This document shows, piece after piece, positions 1 to 5,747 of a stretch of 64,000 nucleotides of DNA. Below the pieces are notes generated by a model. It did not search any database, had not been told where the DNA came from, and worked only from the letters and a program-made list of their open reading frames with translations. Origin of the DNA: Akkermansiaceae bacterium (GTDB lineage: Bacteria > Verrucomicrobiota > Verrucomicrobiia > Verrucomicrobiales > Akkermansiaceae); the NCBI GenBank assembly GCA_051251915.1, contig JBPOGF010000003.1:1-64000 (forward strand). The letters run 5' to 3'. A program made the translations under genes and the position numbers. Positions within the stretch are counted from its first letter, which is position 1, and each line of letters starts with the position of its first letter.

Positions 1-3
1 ATA

Positions 4-77
4 ATTTGACGTTTTCATAAGATGGTAGAATACCAGATCGCTGGAGCGACCTCGACTACCTTCTCATTCTATCTTGT
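4..77 (-). other. attC site of the cassette at 799-1538 (distal part; R'' is completed by 800-804 once the intron is removed)
   Basis: The intron-less top strand reads GCATAAC-AAGATAGAATGAGAAGGTAG...CTACCATCTTATGAAAAC-GTCAAAT, an imperfect hairpin. R'' GCATAAC is the exact reverse complement of the GTTATGC that opens this cassette (1532-1538). R' reads GTCAAAT rather than GTTRRRY. Confidence 0.7.
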
Positions 78-799
78 GTGTGCGTAGCATGCACTGAAAC
101 TTAAGAGGGTTCAAGTCCCTTGTTATAATAGAATGAACATCGAAGAACAAAAGAAACTGCTAGCGATGCAAAGAACTACCAGAGGCCAACTGCATGACCG
201 TGAGGGATTGTGGGAAGGAAGGCTATGGGAAAATTGCCAGCTGACGAACAGAAACCTCATACGAGGTCTGTGGAGTGGGACGAGATGGCACAACACATCG
301 AAGTCCTATCATTCAACTCTTCAGATAAATGAGGCAGTTGGGCAATGGAGGTTTCAGTGCTTACCTTCGGAGATCTGTCTCGCATTGCGCCCTATGCAAA
401 TAGGGAGCGCTCAGGGTGGTAACATCATGAGTGACGAGGCAGAAGTCAGCAGAGGTCATAGTAGCTGGGATAAAACAAATCGGGGAGCTGTTTTAAGCTC
501 TACGCTGTTAAATCAGCAAAACGAGAAACCCGTGGAAACACAACCAGTGAAGGACTGAATCAATGACGGAGAACCAAACAGAACACCCTAACACATTCCC
601 CCGGTCGACCGACCAAGGAATGGTTAATCGGATTCTGTTAGAGAAACGGAGTTCTCGCAGCTGCACGGCTGTCCGCTATCCTGAGAAAGTAATAGTACAA
701 CCTAAAGGAGATAAGTCTGGCACATTGAAACCGCCGAGCTACGGAACCGTATGGCAGGTGGTGTGGGGGGCGGGGGTTAAAATCCTCCGCCTACCCGAT
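78..799 (+). mobile_element. ORF-less group II intron, class IIC-attC, copy 1 (722 nt)
   Basis: 5' end GTGTG and 3' end CCCGAT. Domain V ACCGCC..TACG-GAAC-CGTA..GGTGGT (730-762) has the IIC-type CGC triad. Domain VI hairpin has a bulged A (793). EBS1 ACAA (290-293, loop of a GATG/CATC hairpin) is complementary to the 5' exon TTGT (74-77). No reverse transcriptase ORF. Confidence 0.93.
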
Positions 800-1527
800 T
801 ATGCTGATACGGATTTTTGAAGATATGATGCCAAAAGACTTTCGAATCCACCAGCCTCATCAAATATCTCAGACTCAAGATCATCTGGATCTAGTTCACC
901 AAAGCTGTATTCCTCTTCTGACCAACTCTCCCTTGCTCTATGAACAGTAGATTCTGTCTTGTTCAAACCAAGCTCCAATAGCCCTCTTGAAACTTCCTTA
1001 TCAAACTTAGTTGTAAATTGACTTACATACGAGGAGAGTCCATCACTTGAGATTACTCCCCAATATTGATAGGAAGCTATTAGTTCTCTGTATGGTCTAG
1101 GTATCTTCTTAAGCCCCTTAAACAAATCGTCATGTTTGAATAATAATGGCTCACATAAATATAGAAAATCTCCAGCTATCTCCTCCTGATCATCAGTGTT
1201 ACTTGCTATTATAGTTTGAACAGCTTTATCAAATCCCTTCTTTGTCACAAAACTATAGTTAATCAAAGGCGGAAGAAGACTAAGGAGCATCATCTCAAAC
1301 CAATTCCCTTCGGTATCATGCTTACTGAGTATGTCATCAATATCTGACTTAATTTTCGGAGGATTCTTGCAGTAAGTTTGATAAAGTAACTTCTTCTGAT
1401 CTTCAAGTTCGCGATGGGCTTTATCTCTAGCACAAGGTGCACATAAGCCGTCATGTACCGAGGCTGTCATTGGCAAAATCATGCGATGGCAGTTCGTGTT
1501 TATACAGTTGACTCGATCTTCATTCAT
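799..1527 (-). CDS. Cassette-encoded hypothetical protein: N-terminal CxxxxC..CxxC zinc-ribbon plus a C-terminal DUF4375/DMP19-like domain
   Basis: The likely start is the ATG at 1527, just after the GTTATGC crossover site, not 1554 (which lies inside attC). The stop overlaps R''. Motif YQYWGVISSDGLSSY..LLELG resembles DUF4375. Confidence 0.7.
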   Translation of the reverse strand: MNEDRVNCINTNCHRMILPMTASVHDGLCAPCARDKAHRELEDQKKLLYQTYCKNPPKIKSDIDDILSKHDTEGNWFEMMLLSLLPPLINYSFVTKKGFDKAVQTIIASNTDDQEEIAGDFLYLCEPLLFKHDDLFKGLKKIPRPYRELIASYQYWGVISSDGLSSYVSQFTTKFDKEVSRGLLELGLNKTESTVHRARESWSEEEYSFGELDPDDLESEIFDEAGGFESLLASYLQKSVSA

Positions 1528-1531
1528 TTTT

Positions 1532-1651
1532 GCATAACGTTTGAGGCCTGCCACCCGCTACTGGGGGCGCACCTCCGATTCAAGTTTGGAGTTCTGACTA
1601 CCCTCCGACTTCGACTCCGGAGCGGTAGCGGGTTGGTCAGCGCCGTCTTGT
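1532..1651 (-). other. attC site of the two-gene cassette at 2373-2936 (R'' completed by 2374-2379 after intron removal)
   Basis: The intron-less top strand reads GAGATAAC-AAGACGGCG-CTG(A)CCA(A)CCCGCTAC...GTAGCGGGTGGCAG-GCCTCAAAC-GTTATGC. This is a long stem with two extrahelical bases and a GTT-type R'. R'' GAGATAAC is the reverse complement of GTTATCTC at 2929-2936. Confidence 0.88.
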
Positions 1652-2373
1652 GTGTGCGTAGCATGCACTGAAACTTAAGAGGGTTCAAGTCCCTTGTTAT
1701 AATAGAATGAACATCGAAGAACAAAAGAAACTGCTAGCGATGCAAAGAACTACCAGAGGCCAACTGCATGACCGTGAGGGATTGTGGGAAGGAAGGCTAT
1801 GGGAAAATTGCCAGCTGACGAACAGAAACCTCATACGAGGTCTGTGGAGTGGGACGAGATGGCACAACACATCGAAGTCCTATCATTCAACTCTTCAGAT
1901 AAATGAGGCAGTTGGGCAATGGAGGTTTCAGTGCTTACCTTCGGAGATCTGTCTCGCATTGCGCCCTATGCAAATAGGGAGCGCTCAGGGTGGTAACATC
2001 ATGAGTGACGAGGCAGAAGTCAGCAGAGGTCATAGTAGCTGGGATAAAACAAATCGGGGAGCTGTTTTAAGCTCTACGCTGTTAAATCAGCAAAACGAGA
2101 AACCCGTGGAAACACAACCAGTGAAGGACTGAATCAATGACGGAGAACCAAACAGAACACCCTAACACATTCCCCCGGTCGACCGACCAAGGAATGGTTA
2201 ATCGGATTCTGTTAGAGAAACGGAGTTCTCGCAGCTGCACGGCTGTCCGCTATCCTGAGAAAGTAATAGTACAACCTAAAGGAGATAAGTCTGGCACATT
2301 GAAACCGCCGAGCTACGGAACCGTATGGCAGGTGGTGTGGGGGGCGGGGGTTAAAATCCTCCGCCTACCCGAT
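1652..2373 (+). mobile_element. ORF-less group II intron, class IIC-attC, copy 2 (722 nt)
   Basis: Same sequence as 78-799 at an offset of 1574; no difference seen by eye, and the spurious 141-aa ORFs translate identically. Inserted at TTGT|TATCTC. Confidence 0.93.
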
Positions 2374-2675
2374 TATCTCTTGGGTTTGCGGTTGATTGCT
2401 GTGGTGTCCTTCCACTTCTTCTCGAAATCTTCCTTCGAGATCTCTGCAAGGTCACCAAATTCATTCGCTGCATCCACGTCCATATCCGCGTCTGGAAGTA
2501 TCCCGAACGTGTCAGCTGCATGGTCTTGGTCGAAAGAATATGCGAGACCATCCTCGAAAATCTCCAAAGAGCGAACGAAACTCATGTCCGAAGTAATCTC
2601 GTAGAAGGCGGTAACTGAGCCATCGTATCCGTCTCGGCGACCGTGCTCTGCAAATGTGTATCGGAAATACTGCAT
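2373..2675 (-). CDS. Small acidic cassette protein, DUF6881-like
   Basis: Pattern YEI...VRSLEIFEDG.AY......G.LP.......EF....IS..DFE..W. The stop overlaps the attC R''. Confidence 0.6.
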   Translation of the reverse strand: MQYFRYTFAEHGRRDGYDGSVTAFYEITSDMSFVRSLEIFEDGLAYSFDQDHAADTFGILPDADMDVDAANEFGDLAEISKEDFEKKWKDTTAINRKPKR

Positions 2676-2923
2676 CAGTCTACATCGCCAAATTCTGAGA
2701 TGAGTTCAGCACGAGTGACAGAACCGCGCTTGGTAACGAACCGCTTCACGGCAAAATACCTCTCTTCACGATCATCCATCATTAGATGATGCATTCCATC
2801 TGGGCACATCCATAGAACCTCTCCACTTTCTTCAATCTCCCAGTGGTGATAATCACGGTTCGCAATGAGATAGCGCGCCACGTCTGCAACTCGCCACTTT
2901 TGTTTACCCTGCGGTGTCTTCAT
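2675..2923 (-). CDS. Small hypothetical cassette protein (82 aa), translationally coupled to the next gene
   Basis: The ATG lies just after GTTATCTC-AAAA. Its TGA overlaps the ATG of 2373-2675 (TGATG). Confidence 0.65.
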   Translation of the reverse strand: MKTPQGKQKWRVADVARYLIANRDYHHWEIEESGEVLWMCPDGMHHLMMDDREERYFAVKRFVTKRGSVTRAELISEFGDVD

Positions 2924-2928
2924 TTTTT

Positions 2929-2950
2929 GAGATAACAGTGTTATTAGTTC
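2929..2950 (-). other. attI-like recombination site at the head of the array
   Basis: Top strand GAACTAATAACACT-G/TTATCTC, resembling the attI1 core layout (GCCCTAAAACAAAG/TT). There is no long attC hairpin upstream of it. Confidence 0.5.
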
Positions 2951-3083
2951 ACGGCTAGCTGATATGCTGAGGCTGAGGTTGGGTTGATTTTTGAGTGGGT
3001 TTTTTCATCGTATAGAGTTAATGATTAGTGGGTTGGTAAATTTTTGATAGAGAATATACCGCAGGGTTTATTTTATTTAGAAT

Positions 3084-3092
3084 TGTGGATAA
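3084..3092 (-). promoter_or_regulatory. Perfect DnaA box (TTATCCACA)
   Basis: TGTGGATAA on the + strand, between the Pc-like promoter and the attI-like site. Confidence 0.45.
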
Positions 3093-3130
3093 TTGGGGTA
3101 TGTTTGGTAGCTGAAATTTGGGCTATTTTT

Positions 3131-3158
3131 ATTTTAGCATATCACTTTATCTATGCAA
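3131..3158 (-). promoter_or_regulatory. Candidate sigma70 cassette promoter (Pc-like)
   Basis: Minus strand TTGCAT-16 nt-TAAAAT with an extended -10 (TGcTAAAAT), pointing into the cassette array. Confidence 0.5.
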
Positions 3159-3218
3159 CTTAATGATTTAAGTCGATCATGTTTGAGAGTCTAGAGGTAA
3201 GTTTTACTTCGTTAGTTC

Positions 3219-4100
3219 CTACTCGACATTTTGGATCTGCTCGCGGATTTTTTCTAGCTCGGTTTTGGCGTTTACTACGTGTTGAGCTAGGGTGGCGTCG
3301 TTGGCTTTGGAGCCGATGGTGTTGAACTCGCGGTTGAGTTCTTGGCAGAGGAAGTCTAGGGAGCGGCCGGCGGGCTCGTGGGAGTCTAGGTACTCGCGGA
3401 ATCTCTGGAAGTGGGAGGTGAGGCGGGTGAGCTCTTCTGAGATGTCGCATTTCTCGGCGAAGAGACCAATTTCCTTGAGTAGACGCTCGTCTGTGAGGTC
3501 TATTTCTAGGCCGCTTTCGGTGAGTCGTTTGTGGAGGTTTTCACGGTATCTCTTTAGGACGCTGGGGGCGTGGGACTCGATGGCATTTGCCTCTGACTCT
3601 AGGGTGCTGAGGCGGTCTAGGGTGTCTTGCTTGAGGTGGCTGCCTTCGCTGGCGCGCATGGCCATGAGGGACTCTAGGCCGGCGGTGAGTGCGGGGATGA
3701 TGGCGGCCTTGGCGGTGTCGATGTCTGCGGTGTGGTCCTCGGTGGTGAGGATGTCTGGGAAGCGGAGGATGTCCGCAGGGGTAAGTTTTAGGTCTAGGCC
3801 GGAGTCTGGGAGGGCATTGAGGCGCTGGATCTCTGCTTGGAGGGCGAGGACTTTCTTGGTGTCTAGCTGTAGCTCGGAGGATGCGTCTGTGGCGGGTTCT
3901 AGCTGGATGTTGATGGTGAGCCTTCCACGGGAGATTTTCTCTAATGCGAGCTTGCGGATCTCTGGCTCTAGTTCTGAGTAGATGCGTGGCATCTGAACGA
4001 GGACTTCCGCTTGTTTGCGGTTGACTGAGGTGAGTTCTACTCTGGCGATGAGGGCAGGGGTGGCGTGCTCGCCTCTGCCGAATCCGGTCATGGAATACAT
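3219..4100 (-). CDS. yicC: YicC/YloC family endoribonuclease
   Basis: N-terminal MYSMTGFGRG and C-terminal GRSLDFLCQELNREFNTIGSK...KTELEKIREQIQNVE. The true start is at 4100. Confidence 0.95.
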   Translation of the reverse strand: MYSMTGFGRGEHATPALIARVELTSVNRKQAEVLVQMPRIYSELEPEIRKLALEKISRGRLTINIQLEPATDASSELQLDTKKVLALQAEIQRLNALPDSGLDLKLTPADILRFPDILTTEDHTADIDTAKAAIIPALTAGLESLMAMRASEGSHLKQDTLDRLSTLESEANAIESHAPSVLKRYRENLHKRLTESGLEIDLTDERLLKEIGLFAEKCDISEELTRLTSHFQRFREYLDSHEPAGRSLDFLCQELNREFNTIGSKANDATLAQHVVNAKTELEKIREQIQNVE

Positions 4101-4107
4101 TGTGTTG

Positions 4108-4135
4108 GTTATTGGTTGCTGGTTATTGGTTGTTG
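4108..4135. repeat. Heptamer tandem repeat (GTTRYTG)x4 across the tatC stop and the yicC leader
   Basis: gttattg gttgctg gttattg gttgttg. Confidence 0.6.
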
Positions 4136-5697
4136 TCTTCCTTATCCTTCTTTTCTTTATCTTCTCCGGCCTCCTTATTGTCGTCCGCTGGCTGCTCTTC
4201 CTGACTTTGCTCGTCGTCGTCATGGTGTGAGGTATCTGTCTCTTCAAGAGCGTTTTCCATGGCAGGGTCGAGTGGGGTGGGGGGAGTGGGGGGTTCTTCA
4301 TCAGACTTAGTGGTCTTAGAAAAATCTTCTATCTCTCCATCGTCCATTTCTTCGCCTTCGTCAGCGTCATCGCTTGGGTCTTGGTGGAAGTATTCGTCGT
4401 CGTGTTCATCGTGTTCGTCGTAATCATGCTCATCGAAGTGGTCTTCGCCGTAATGATCATCATCGAAATGCTCATCAGCATAGTCATGGTCGTAGCCATC
4501 ATCCTGGGTAGAAATTCTACCTGGGACGGGAACTGGGACTGGTGGTGTGGATGCTTCTTTTTGGCGATCTACGTATTCTTGGATCTCAGCTTCTTCCTCG
4601 GCTTCTGCTTCAAGTTCTTTCTTCTGGTTGAAGTAGGCTAACCAGATGCAGATCTCGTAGAGAACACACATAGGAACAGCGAGGAGTGAGAGGGTGAGGG
4701 CATCTCCGGTAGGGGTGATGATGGCGCCTACGACGAAGATGGTGAGGATGGCGTATGAGCGGGTATTACTCATAGTCTGGTAGCTGAGGAGGCCTAGTTT
4801 CACGAGGGTCATGACCACGACTGGGAGCTCAAATGAGAGTCCGAAGATGAGGGTGAACTGGGTGGTGAAGGTGATGTAGTCTCCGATACGCCATTCGTTT
4901 TCTACGCCCATGCCGCCTGAGTAGGTGTAGAAGAAATCTAGTGCCTTAGGTAGCACGGTGAAGTAGCAGAAGAAGACGCCGAGCAGGAACAGCCCGAAGC
5001 CAATGAGAAGAGCTGGCCAGAGGGCTTTACGTTCATTTTCTTTGAGACCCGGGAGGACGAACTGGAGAATGAAGTAGAGTAGGAATGGGAATGAAATGAT
5101 GATACCTGCGAAGACGGAGAGCTTGATGGCAAGCATGAAGGTCTCGGTGGGCTTGAGCGAGCGCATGAACACGACGTCACCTTTGGCATTGGTGGCGGCA
5201 CTAGGCATCATTTCTTCACTGAGTAGGGTGGTGAGGAGCGTTTTTGTTTTCTCGTCTACTTGGGGTAAGTTTTCTACGAAGCTTTGCCGTTTTTCTAGAT
5301 CTGCGATGAGAAGAGAGGCACGGTAGTAACTGGCGGTCTGTGCGTAGTGGTGGAGTTGCTTATTCTCAAACTGGTCGAAGAAGATGACCTTCTGTTCTGG
5401 GGAGAGGCCGCTGGTGGCATCGGCTGCTTTCTTAGCTTGTTCCCAAAGGTCTGGTGAAATGGCAGGGGGGAGTTTCTGCTCCTGCTGCTGGATCCAAACT
5501 TGCTCGATAGGACGGCGGAGAACATCCATTAGTGTGCTACGGAAAATGTAGCAGGCGATGGTGGCAATGAGTAGCGTGATGACTACCTTGATGATGACAT
5601 CGCGCAGATCCTCGAGGTGTTCCAAGAAGGGTTTTTCGGTGTTGGCTGATGAACCGCCGTTTTCACGGAGTTTGAATAATTTCTTGAGAACGAACAT
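4123..5697 (-). CDS. tatC: Twin-arginine translocase subunit TatC with a large insertion and an acidic His/Asp-rich tail
   Basis: EKPFLEHLEDLR, FVLPGLKENE, FGLSFELPVV and GAIITPTGD motifs. Confidence 0.92.
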   Translation of the reverse strand: MFVLKKLFKLRENGGSSANTEKPFLEHLEDLRDVIIKVVITLLIATIACYIFRSTLMDVLRRPIEQVWIQQQEQKLPPAISPDLWEQAKKAADATSGLSPEQKVIFFDQFENKQLHHYAQTASYYRASLLIADLEKRQSFVENLPQVDEKTKTLLTTLLSEEMMPSAATNAKGDVVFMRSLKPTETFMLAIKLSVFAGIIISFPFLLYFILQFVLPGLKENERKALWPALLIGFGLFLLGVFFCYFTVLPKALDFFYTYSGGMGVENEWRIGDYITFTTQFTLIFGLSFELPVVVMTLVKLGLLSYQTMSNTRSYAILTIFVVGAIITPTGDALTLSLLAVPMCVLYEICIWLAYFNQKKELEAEAEEEAEIQEYVDRQKEASTPPVPVPVPGRISTQDDGYDHDYADEHFDDDHYGEDHFDEHDYDEHDEHDDEYFHQDPSDDADEGEEMDDGEIEDFSKTTKSDEEPPTPPTPLDPAMENALEETDTSHHDDDEQSQEEQPADDNKEAGEDKEKKDKEDNNQ

Positions 5698-5747
5698 GCT
5701 CTTTTAATCTTTTGCTACTTTAAGGGGGTAAACTGGTGTGTTTGGGG

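Noticed and set aside
133..558. 141-aa ORF (and its copy at 1707-2132)
   Set aside because: It lies wholly within intron domains I-III and has no protein motifs; it is a chance frame in structured RNA.
78..2373. Direct repeats as IS elements, a CRISPR array or a collapsed-assembly artefact
   Set aside because: No transposase, terminal inverted repeats or target duplication; far too long for CRISPR repeats; each junction independently restores a cassette-specific R''.
3160..3450. Possible integrase remnant between the array and yicC
   Set aside because: The ORF overlaps yicC out of frame and has no tyrosine recombinase residues.
4101..4301. N-terminal extension of YicC in the ORF track
   Set aside because: It overlaps the tatC tail; the family starts at MxSMTGFG (4100).
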